Source: Adineta vaga
Taxonomy: Eukaryota > Animalia > Rotifera
DNA: 64,000 bases
NCBI GenBank assembly: GCA_021613535.1
Contig: CP075497.1
Coordinates: forward strand, 5,146,001 to 5,210,000
Direction: 5' to 3'
The notes below the pieces were generated by a model, which was not told where the DNA came from, did no database searches, and worked only from the letters and a program-made list of their open reading frames with translations. Positions 28,390 to 40,134 of this stretch are shown here, piece after piece. Position 1 is the first letter of the stretch. The number at the start of each line of letters is the position of its first letter. The position numbers were made by a program, and so were the translations under genes.

Positions 28390-28821
28390 ATGTCGATTCG
28401 TGATCTATGTCAAACTTATCAGTCGTCGACATCAAAGGGTGATTGGAACGATTGGAAAAAGCACCTTTATCAAATTGCAACCATTCTTGAAGAAGAAAAT
28501 CATTCAGATTCGGGAAATTTTCGGAATGTTGCATATACATTGATGATGAATGATAAACCTGGATATGGGTCTTGGTTAAATAAGAGTATTGTCAAGCTTA
28601 TAAATGATTCTAAAGCACGATTGGATCCACTTCCTGATCTACTTGATTATGATGAGATGAGTAGTAAAGATTTAATTGATAAATATGAATTTGATGATAA
28701 AAATTATTCTCGACAGGAGATTTTAATTGAATTACGGCGAAGATATCCTTCATTGATTGAATCAGATGAAATGAAATCCAATCTTAATCTGAAAGATATC
28801 TTAAAAGAATGTTCTCTTTAA
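28390..28821 (+). CDS. Uncharacterised 143-aa helical protein, intronless
   Basis: Clean ORF with coding-like composition; pyrimidine-AG acceptor about 16 nt upstream of the ATG. Confidence 0.65.
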   Translation: MSIRDLCQTYQSSTSKGDWNDWKKHLYQIATILEEENHSDSGNFRNVAYTLMMNDKPGYGSWLNKSIVKLINDSKARLDPLPDLLDYDEMSSKDLIDKYEFDDKNYSRQEILIELRRRYPSLIESDEMKSNLNLKDILKECSL

Positions 28822-28841
28822 TTTTAGATAGTTATTGAAAG

Positions 28842-29228
28842 ATGAGTATGTCTATCTCTGTATTAACTTTTATTTGTTTTTTTATCATCAAAACAAATGC
28901 ATGTAAGAAAATTGTTTCATCATTAATGTCTATTCACTATATATTTTCCTAGATCGTGGTGATTTTATGACGAGCGTTCGAGATGGTTACAATCGTTATG
29001 ATCCAGATTCTACTCTCAATGGATTTTTTCCATTTTGGGGTTGTATTCTTTTATTATTATCATGTAAATATCACCTTTCAGTTGTCATCAATTTTATTTT
29101 CATTTCGTTGTTTTTTAGTTGTTTTTCTCTTGGTAGCTGGTATAGGTCTTGTTGGTTATTTAATTGGTTGTCGATCACCACCAGATAGTCTTCGTCAACA
29201 ACTTGATCCAGCAACTTTTTATGCTTGA
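28842..29228 (+). CDS. 93-aa single-pass membrane microprotein (signal peptide, RGD, TM helix, short tail); 3 exons
   Basis: Exons 28842-28902, 28953-29063, 29119-29228 join in frame through two GT-AG introns: MSMSISVLTFICFFIIKTNA-YRGDFMTSVRDGYNRYDPDSTLNGFFPFWGCILLLLSFVFLLVAGIGLVGYLIGCRSPPDSLRQQLDPATFYA. Confidence 0.7.
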
Positions 29229-29804
29229 ATAATGTTTTATAATACGAATTCTCAGTGTCAGATCTGAACATGTATAAATATAGATATGTTCTCTTTTTCA
29301 TTTAAAAGTTTTTCTTAGATAATTGTATATCTATCTTATCACATTCCGAATTGAATTTTGTCAGATTTTTGTTTTCTAATCATTCTTTTTATAATAGCAA
29401 TAAAAAGCGCCAGTAGATTTAGTCAATTGATACATTGTTTAAAAGAAAAATACGATATCATATCGATGTTAATCAATGAAAAAGATAATTTGAAAGAAAA
29501 CTGTCTTTGTTTGGGAATTCTGAATGGTTCAGCAAAAAGTTTTACGAAAGTTTATGAAGGTGAACGAAATATACAAATTATAATGATTTGTATTGGTGTA
29601 TTTGCTTTTACGATTATTCAAGATTTCATTCGTGCACTATGGTGTACGTTAAAACATTGAAAAATGAGTCAACACAGTATTGACATTGCGTGATTCAATG
29701 TTTCTTTTTCCCTTTCTCAGATTGCTTTTTTTTTGTCTTACCATAAGTTTTATAAGTGTCGTCTGTTGATAAACAAAATATATCATACTTTTCTTCTTTC
29801 CAAG

Positions 29805-32744
29805 ATGGCCTGTTTTTCCATTCGTGCGCATTGTTTAACTCAACAACAAGAATGGACAAAAGAATATGTAAATATAAGTGATTTAAAACGAGATATATTC
29901 GAACAATTTCGAATATTTAATTTAAATGAAGAATGTTCACTGATTGTCTATTACAATGAACAAGATAAATGTGATCGAATACTTGATAATCTAGATATTC
30001 TACCGACAAATAATAAAACTACTTTTGATGTGTATCTCAAACGAGTAAGTTGTACTTTTTACAAATGAAATTTTCCATTTGATATTTATAATAGATTTGG
30101 ACATGTTGTTGCGTTTGTTTTGGTCCTTTCGATATCATTCCTGATCGTCTTCCACTTGAATGTATCGAGAAATCTTGTAATATTCAATATTGTAGTAAAT
30201 GTGTAGATACTATTTGTAAGTTACATAAGAATCAAACATTTACTTGTATGTTTTGTACGAAGACAAATGATCGACCAAAGCGAAATGTTTTACTTGAGAA
30301 TGTTTTTCTTTGGAAACCTTATACAATGAGATATGGTGCACAGAGTACTGAACGTTTAGAAACAATTTTTAATGGACCAAATTTATCGGATGCAATTCGT
30401 CGAATTGAATCACGTCGAACTCATATTCAAGCATTACAAATGACATTAAAACAAAGTTTAATAACTCTGGGAGATAAAGATACATTGTTGAACAATAATC
30501 CACATTTAATCGAAGCTGAACAATTAAATGAAAAGTTAGATTCATTTATGAAGCAATTAAGATCATGTGAAAGAAAGATAAAGGAACAATCGATAAGTCT
30601 TCGAGGATTGATAAATAACTATCGTACATTATTACGAGATAGTCATTGTAAAAAGTCTTCAAAACAAGAAGCAGCTTCGTTTATTCTTCTCTGTGAAAAA
30701 CTTTCAGCGTCAGATTACAAAGTAATCGAACATATTATGACATCAGATGAACAATCGATTGTTACCAATCCGAATTTGATTTCTTTATATCAAGTAGATC
30801 GATTAAAAAATTTAGTTGTAAAAGAATCTTTAGCATTTGTAAATCATATTCTACAAGATATCGTTTATCGACGAGATATTCTCCAAGAAAAATTACAACA
30901 TGTCACTGATCTCTATCTTAATTCAATAAATCATCCATTTCGTACAATTTTCTCTGAACAACATCAACATGGTCTAACAATGATGTCATCGCTCAATGAA
31001 TATGAAACGAAATTTGGTCTTTTTCGAGATCTTTATAATGATATTACAATAATTATGCGTGAATATAAAGATGAATTAACAACAAAAACAACAGATGAAC
31101 ATCTTCAATCATCTGCATCAGAGCAAATAATAACATTTGAATGTTCACGTTTAATCCTTGTTTCGGAATTATTACGGTCAGAAACAGAAAATATCAATAT
31201 GAGGATTATCTTTCCTCAACTAACTAAACTTGCTCATCAATGGAAACAAAAATCAGATTGTGATCCGAAGATTTACGATTTATTTGCTGCATTGGAACAG
31301 GATCTACTGGCTATATACGAACCAAATCGAAATCCACGGAATCTTATTCCATTTCGAGTTGGATTCATTGGAAATATCAGTGTTGGAAAAAGTTCTTTAG
31401 TTAATCGATTACGTAATCGAAATTCGATATCTTCATCTCTTCATCGAACATTATCTCCAACAGCTGTTAGTCAATCTACGACAGGTTCTTTAGAATTCGA
31501 TGAACAACATCGATGTTCTAACATAGGAATTTAGTCACTATTCGTTATGTTGATATTGAAGGTTATTCAAATTGTAATACACAAGTTCAAGCTGCATCCT
31601 ATTTTGAACAGATTCAAAAAGCTGATTGTGATTTGTATATTATTTTATTCACTGGTCAACAAAGTAGTTTTGAACGTAATTTAGAACAACAAATCAATGA
31701 ACGTCTGAATCGACCATGTTGGTTTGTACGATCAAAAATTGATAAAGAATTTGAAGAACGTTTTCAAGAACAAATAACACGACGAAAATCGGATTATCCA
31801 GATATGATTATTGATAAAAAAGAAGAAATAGAGCTTGTTGAACAATTAATCGAAATGATTCGAGAAGAAACCAAGGAAATATGTCAAATATCATCAGATA
31901 AAATCTTTCTAATCAATTCTATCTATTCGAATATTGAAGAAAATCATAATGAACACTTTCATAGTAAATCATATACATTTGACATAGACATTTTGAGTGA
32001 AGAATTGATCATTTTTGCTCAAAACTTTGATGTACAAGAACGAATTAAACGTATGGCTGCTACGATATGTGCTCGTATTATTGGAACTTGTTTTCGTCAA
32101 CGATGTATTGTTTCATTCATAACTCATCAACTTCGAGCAGGAATTAGTGCAGCATTATTTCCTTGGGGTGATCAAATAGCACTTGTGCATACACGCTTTG
32201 GTATTCGAACGACATTGGGAGTACAAGATCGATCATCGTTAGCTAATCTGTTTTAAAAACAGTTGATACATTAGAAAGTTTACTTCGCAAATATCCTTTA
32301 AATATTGCTGCTAATCAGCTAAAATCAGATCAATTCAATTATTTAAAAACAACACAATCATCATTGATAAACAGTGCGATTTCTGAACAGAATAATTCGC
32401 GAATATCAATGCATCTTGTACAAGAATCTCGACAAAATACGTCGGTACGAACAACTTTATCATCAGCCGTACCAACTGCTACAGTTGCTTGTAGTGTCAT
32501 AGGACAAAAAGTAGCAGCTGCTACAATAGCTGTCAGTACATTAAGTTATGGTATTGGTTTTGGGATTTTAGGTTTGGGTCTTGTTGCTTCGATTCCTATT
32601 GGTTTATGGAAATGGAAAAAAGCAGGAGAGCATATACGGAATTATTTAGATGATATTTGTTCTGATCTCTTAGTTATTTCCGAATATTTAATTGTTGCGA
32701 TTATCAATGCACAAACACATAGCAGCGAGAATGAGTCGACATAA
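29805..32744 (+). CDS. RING-like Zn finger + coiled coil + IRG/IIGP-like P-loop GTPase with C-terminal hydrophobic helices (two apparent 1-nt frameshifts)
   Basis: Intron 30045-30094; CCVC...CIEKSC..CSKC...CMFC; G1 GNISVGKSS, G3 YVDIEG, G4 WFVRSKID; frame breaks at about 31520 and 32252. Confidence 0.7.
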
Positions 32745-33120
32745 AAATAAGACTGTATATTTTGAAAAATGTGTCCATTGATGTAATTTCAGTTGAAATT
32801 TTTCTAGAACGATGAATACATCGTGAATGCGAAATTTTCATATCAACAAATGATTGTTATAGATTGTCATGATTATCATTTATTAAATCATCGAGAAAAT
32901 GCTCTCGCGTCTTTTACTTCGCTGTTGAGGTTTCTTGTTTTCTTCGTTGTAGAAGTCTCCTGATTGAAAATTAAAAAAAGATCAATAGAATTACTGGTAG
33001 ATCGCTGAATCCAACGATTCATTTATTGTCTAATATTTTCTAGAAAAGTACACTCTCATATACAAATTTGAAGTATCACATTCCCTTCTTCACTCCTTTT
33101 CTTATATGAAATAATTAATT

Positions 33121-34253
33121 TCACATTTTTGGTATATTCAATGGTTTTCCATTAGTCATAAATGCATAAATATTTTCTAATGTTGTTTTAGCTATTGAAC
33201 ATAATGCTTCTTGTGTAAGAAAAGCTTGATGTGCAGTGAGAATGACATTTGGAAAAGATAATAATTGTACAAGTATATCATCATCAATAATAGTTGATGA
33301 TAAATCATTAAAAAAATATTTATGTTCATATTCATAGACATCGAGGCCAGCACCTCCAACTTGTCCCGATTTTAGAGCATCAACAAGTGCTTTCGAATCA
33401 ATAAGAGTACCACGAGCTGTATTAACTATAATAACACCCCTTTTCATTTTATCTAGCGATTGAGCATTGATCATATGTTTTGTTTTTTGATCTAATGGTA
33501 AATGAATAGAAATAATATCAGCTTGAGCATAAATATCATCTAATTCTTCATATTCAAAACCCAATGCATTTCGATCATTATCTTTCATTTTATTTAAATC
33601 ATATGCTAACACTCGACAACCAAAACCACGAAAAATTCGAATTGTAAATTGACCAATACGACCTGTACCTAAAGAATGAATCAAATTTATATTGTCTATT
33701 TCTTCATCAGACAATTGCCAGAAGTTATATTACCAAGTACGCCAACAGTTTTCCCATTCATATCAAATCCTACAAGACCATCAAGTCGAAAATCTCCATT
33801 TCGAACACGATCATAAGCTCGATGTAATCGTCGATTAAGAGCCATAACAAGTGCAACGGCATGTTCAGCAATTGCATTTGGAGAATAGCTGGGTACATAA
33901 CCAATTTCAATGGCAAATTCTTCTGCTGCTTTTAAATCAATATTATTAAAACCAGCACAACGTAAAACAATAAGTTTAACATCAATCTGTTTCAATTTTT
34001 CAAGAACTTCTCGTGAACCATCATCATTTACAAATATACAAATACATTCGTAACCGTTCGCTTGTCTAACAGACTCTTTCGACAGACGTTGGTGAGTATA
34101 ATTAATTTCATATTTTTCAGGTTGTTTTAGATCTTTAAGTTTAGAATCAAAAGATATTTTATCATATTCTTTTGAACTATACATTAAAATACGATATGAA
34201 CTATTTGTATCTAATGTATTCGATAATATCGATTCGTTATTTCGACGTTTCAT
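33121..34253 (-). CDS. ldhA: D-lactate dehydrogenase (NAD-dependent D-2-hydroxyacid dehydrogenase, LdhA-like); probable horizontally acquired gene
   Basis: CIFVNDD, LRCAGFNNIDL, VPSYSPNAIAEHAV, GFDMNGKTVGVLG|TGRIG (intron 33669-33733), NTARGTLID, GLDVYEYE, NVILTAHQAFLT. Confidence 0.93.
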
Positions 34254-34764
34254 CGAAGTTTTATGAATATAGAAATAAATTATAAATTAAATTGAGAACT
34301 AGAATAGAATGCATGGCAACCCGCTAAACTTCATTTTAATCTAATTCTCAAATATAAAGAATATAAGATTACGATGATATCGATTAATATCCAATTAAAT
34401 ATTCATATATCTATCCCAGCTTTGAAACGATAAATGAATAAGTCCGTATCATTGAAAACTTCTACACAAGTCTTCCATATGTATCAGTTGCAATGATTAA
34501 TCGTATACATTAATAGTGAACTTTTAAGAATAAAAAGTACATATCATACGAACACTTGAAAACTTTAATATCTGTTTGTTGCTGTTCTTTTTTTTATTTT
34601 AATTTTATTATCGGATCAAATACAACTTGTAGGTGTTTTGTGCATGAATAAGAAAGAAAAGGCACACATGCTGTTCTTAGATTTTGTTTATACGTCAATG
34701 CTCATTCGAAAACAAAAACAAAAACAAACGAGCTATGTTTTATTTTATAGTTCTTCTTTTTCTA

Positions 34765-36006
34765 TTAATAATTTTTGTTACTAACACCAACTGTAAATTT
34801 CTTTGTTGTATTAGCAAGATGATCACTGTATTCTTGAAACGGTGCTTTTGTGTATACTGTATCCTTCCATAGATCAGGTGTTAAATATGAATAAGTCATG
34901 GCCATTGCTGCATAAGTAGCTTTAGCTGTAAAAATAGAAAAAGATTAGTGTGATTTTGAATGAATGTATAATAGAAACAAAAAACGAACCGAAATTGCCA
35001 AGTGTAGCGGTACATCCTTTAGCAGCTGTCCAACAATCTTGAATGCCAGCCATTTGTAAAAGTTTTTTTGGTACTGGAGCACATACAAGACTTGTACCAC
35101 GAGGAGCTGGGATAAGACGTACAAGTACACTACCGCATTCACCTGTGACCTAAATGATGCAAGAAAAACAATAGACATAAATCAATATCTAGTTTTGTAT
35201 TTAAACATACTTTGCATGGTACTGTGTGTGGTGCACCAATTTTGTTACCCCAATAGCCACGTCTTACAGGAATAACGGAAAGTTTAGCAAGAATAATACC
35301 ACCACGAATGGCTGTTGCTACTTCTTTTGAACATTTAACACCAAGACCAATATGACCATTACCATCACCAACGACAACAATAGCCTTGAAACGAGTACGT
35401 TGACCAGCACGGGTTTGTTTCTGTACGGGCATAATTTTAAGAACTTCATCTTTAAGACCAGGTAAAAGACGATCAATAATATCGGCTTCCTAAATGAAAT
35501 TTTTAAATAATGAAATTTTTAAAAACAAACTGCACAAACTTTGATTGGTAATGAAAATAGATAGATTTCTTCTAATGAACGAATTTTGCCATCATTAACT
35601 AATCGACCCAATTTAGTAACAGGGACCCATGCTTTAGTTGATTCTTCTTTTGGTCGTTGACCACGGCGACCACGGCCACGACCGCGACCTTAAAACGATT
35701 ATTCATATGATAATTGTTTTTGAAAAATTAACTTGTTTACATACCTTCACCACGACCACGGCCTCGACCTTCACCTTCGCCACGGAAACCTTCACCGCGA
35801 CCTATATATATATATATATAAATGGATAATTATTTTCATAGAAATCTCTCAGTCTTAAACTGACCTCCTTCACCACGGCCACGACCACCTTCGCCGCCAC
35901 GTCCTAGAATTTCAATAGACATTATCGAAAAACATCTCTAATCCCATCGTCAATACTTACCACCTCGTGTGCCAAAGCCACCTCGAGTTCCGCCACGTTC
36001 CGCCAT
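34765..36006 (-). CDS. RPS2: 40S ribosomal protein S2 (uS5), about 7 exons
   Basis: RGG-rich N-terminus, [63 protein letters not shown]. Confidence 0.98.
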
Positions 36007-36077
36007 ATTTGATCTTTTTATTTAGATATTTATCTGAAAATAAAATAATCCATAACCATATATAAGCAACTAAAAAT

Positions 36078-39000
36078 TCATTGTGCAGAAAAAAATAATC
36101 GTTTTGTATTTAAATAAATTTTTTCACATAATTCATCAAATGATTCTTGTTTACCACGAATTGAATGAATAACTTCACAAATTTGACTAAATACAACGAC
36201 AAATTTCATATACTATGTTAATTTCCATGATTTTACTTACATAATCGTACAAGGTTCATTTCGATCTTTAATCATTTTACCTGCAATCCATTTTTCTTTT
36301 TTGACCATTTCTGTTGTCAATTGTGTTTTAACATGCGAATTTGAAGCATGTGATTGTTTAATACCACACCATGGTGCATCTATATGAATTATCCAATAGA
36401 TTGAATACGAGTTCAAATAAACTTCGTCATACCTGTTTCTACAAGAATATTCTCTAAAGGTAATTGTTTAATAACATCCAAATTAGTCTGTGTTTTCATT
36501 GAACATCCATTTATTCCAATAAAATATCCTAACTGAATGAATTGTAGTGCTTCATCAAGTGTACCATCAAAAGAATGAATCTAATTGATAAATATATTTG
36601 GTTTTATTTTCCTATCACCATATCACTTACCACTCCACCGGCTGTTATTTGATCACGATATTTATATAAAATATCATAGAGATCTTTCGATGCTGCGCGA
36701 TTATGAAGAAATAATGGTTTATTCAATACGATTAAATGTTTGAGCTGAAATTCAAAATAACTAATTAAATATAAAATTGAAAAAAAAACTAATCGATGTT
36801 CATTTCAACTTTTACGTTGCAATATTTACCGTTTTTGTTGATCAATATCACAGAATTGTGTTCGTTCATAATCTAAACCAAATTCACCAATGGCAACAAT
36901 TTTTTCTGAATTCTTTTCAATCAATTCTTTCATTTGATGTAAAATTTCATTTTCATTCGAATCATTAAACTCGTTACATCGAGTCGGATGATAACCGCAC
37001 GTGGTATACAAATTTTCTATTAAATTCAAATCTATATAGAATCATTGAAACATGAAATTTACCATGATTTGTGCACAGTTCCAATGCTTGAACAGTTTCG
37101 TGATGTGTACCAGCTGTAATGATTATCTAAAGCAAGAATAAATAGGAGGGATAATAAAATCGCGACGATCAAGACAAAATGATGGTACCTTATCAAGACC
37201 TGCTTGAAATGCTCTGTTAATGACTTGATCAAGGTCAGCTAAATATTTCATATATAGATACGACGTATATTCAAAGATTCAATATATCCTTACGTTCATG
37301 TTTTTTCGAATTTCCATAGATACCTTGGTACATACTGTCTGCAAAGAATGAATTTTAGTTTAATGAAACCGATTCAACTGTTATTCATACCAGTTAGATT
37401 AGCACCAATGTCTAAGAAAGAGAATATGAAAAAGGTTATTCTTTTTTTGAATATATCAGGCAAATAAATCAAAATATTGAATTTAAATTTCATAGAAATC
37501 TTTTCTCAAACGTTGAGATACAAAGAAGAATTTCTTTTATTTGATATTTTTTGTCAATTCATTAAATGTTTAATCTTCATTGAAGAAATCCCTTCTTGAC
37601 TAATTCTTTGTTTTGCATGTTTTGTATTTCTATTTAACTTCATAGGCGTTCTGTTTCTCCTTGTTTTCTTATCACAAAAAAAAGAAGAAGAAGAAAAAAA
37701 CCCGACTTGTTCTTTCTTTCTTTCTTTTCCTTTCCTATTCAGCACGTAAGAATTGTGTATATGCGCGTATGTGACGAAAAGAGGTGACTTGGCAACAGAA
37801 CAAACACATTCATCACTTCTTTTTAACAACATACACGCACATACGATTGTTAAACGTTGTATTGGTAGTTGTCTTAACATAAAAATAAACCCATTCGAAA
37901 AAAGTTCTCAAGTTATTCTAAAAGAACTAAAATGTTGTATATGCCAGCAACAACGACAACATCGCCACTTGTTCTTCAAGAGACTCAACAACCGCCATTA
38001 CAAGCTTCATCTCGTTATTTTATGTTACAATCTGCTCCGGTTGTTCCTGCCGTTCCAGTACTGAATACAACTTATGTTTATCCACGATATGGCTTTGTAC
38101 CTAAGCCGGTTGAAACATCATTTACAAAGGATGATATTGAGAAATCTCAACCAACACAACTCTTTGAAAGTAAAATTACAGAAAAAAAACATTTCATAGA
38201 AATTGACTTGTTTTTGTTTTCTTTTTACGATTTATTCATTAGTTGCACAACCAGTTCAACATGTTATTCATCATTATACTCAATCATGTTCGACAAAGAC
38301 ATGTCCAGGCTATTGTGAACTGTGTTGTCCATGGATAAATCAGTCGACACATCATCATGTTCATACTGGAGATCGTCAACAGCGAATTTCACGACGAGAT
38401 CAGTTCGAACGAGATGAACTCAATCAAACTGATACATCAAACCAAGAAACCATCGATGAAAAAATTGCACGTATTCGACGTGAATTAGGTCAAAGTACAA
38501 CTGATTATTCCGGTAGAACATCGCCGGTTGTTGTACACCATATTCCTGCTCGATCGCGATCACGATCAAATTCTCGACCTCGCAGTGCATCAGCATCGCG
38601 TGAACCATGGCGACCAACAAATCAAAATGATTATCCATGGCGTGATTCACATTTGCCTGCTTATCGTGAAGCAACATTAGCACAATCTCAAACACCAGTT
38701 GATGAAAGTCGTACGTGGAACGAAACAGCACATGAACGTAGTCATCAAAATACAAGAAATTCAAAATCATATGTTACTAAAAATGATTATGTCTATCGTC
38801 CTAAATCGGAATCTGAAGCACGTAAACATTATACTCAAATGACAGGCAAAGATCCTGATCGAGAAGTTTATCAAGCACTACGTGGTGGTACAACAACATA
38901 TAAATACAATGGCTCATCAGCATCTCATTATGATAAACATCAAAGTGCACGTTATGATCATGGATTTTATTCCAATGTTCCAACAAGTACAAAAACACAT

Positions 39001-39556
39001 TCATTAAGAAAAATTGATTCAACACAACATCATAACCTATATGCATGTAATGAACCATGTTTACATGTTATACCTAAACAAGGCAGTGCAGCTGATCCTC
39101 CGTATGTGAAAATTCTCAATGCACCAGTCACTTATCTTCATTAAATACAATAGAGAACTGATGAAGTTTTATTTTAAAAGAACATTCATTCATTCATTCT
39201 TATTTTTAATGGAAAAATCTTTCTATGTAAGAACTACGAATTGTATTCATAAGACAGATGTATTCTTCTCGTTCTCAAATAGAAACGTGTCATCTATCAA
39301 ATAACCTTCGAGAATAGATCTAGTTTCTGCAAATAATCCGAAGACAGGAAAGCATTTTATTTAAACAGATAAAATTCAATAATAATCAGAGGAGAAAAAG
39401 TTCGATTTACGATAGAATACGAGAGAAATTCATTATTCAATCTGCCTGTTAGATTAACATTTAGGAACAATCGATAATCTCAGCTCTATTTAAAGAAGTG
39501 ACAGCAACCAAAAACGTACCTATAAATCGAAGTGGTCGATCATTTGATTGTGCCAT
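36078..39556 (-). CDS. TATDN1: TatD family DNase (TATDN1), multi-exon with a 2.1-kb first intron
   Basis: Exon 1 39520-39556 MAQSNDRPLRFI joins in phase to micro-exon 37391-37411 DIGANLT; then GYHPT, AIGEFGLDY, LFLHNR, HSFDG, VETDAPWC, DRNEPC. Confidence 0.92.
37932..39144 (+). CDS. Uncharacterised low-complexity protein nested antisense in TATDN1 intron 1
   Basis: Two long ORFs (128 and 313 aa) joined by a GT-AG intron about 38170-38241; coding-like codon usage. Confidence 0.75.
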
Positions 39557-40134
39557 TATATTATTAATAAGAAACTATCTAAAATCTAAAGATAAATATT
39601 ATTTTCGTTTGTTTTGTTATTTTTATCGTTCACGCGTACAAAAACGAAAAGAGTTAGAGAAGAATAGGAATCAAACAAAATGAATTAGAAGAAAGATCGT
39701 AGAAAGAAAAACGCATAACTTTGTTATAGATATACCAGCACGAAAAAAAAACGCAAACCAAACAGTAACCAATGAATAAGTAACTAAACATATGTATCAT
39801 GCGTATGAATTGATAGTATTAAAGATGAAAAGAGAGAAAAAAAAAGAAAATGAAAACTGTTTTCATAGCGATATACATCGTGTAAATGTAAATAAAAAAA
39901 ATTATTGCAACAAAAAGAAAAAGAAACAACGCACACGCACACACACGTATTTGTATATATATAATATATATAGTAATAAAGAGATCTTATAGATCTGACA
40001 GAACTACGATGATCGAAATAAATAAGCTTAGCAATTCGATGGGAGAAGACATGTGTTAAATGTGGAGATTCGTTGAGAAAGGAATGTGATGGATTATAAG
40101 AAAGATAGATAATTGAGCAAATAGATACAGATGA

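Noticed and set aside
32248-32260. Programmed -1 frameshift or stop readthrough at CTG TTT TAA AAA C, potentially linked to the eRF1 paralog
   Set aside because: Not a canonical in-frame slippery heptamer, no evident downstream structure, and the fix needs a frame change rather than readthrough; a homopolymer error is simpler
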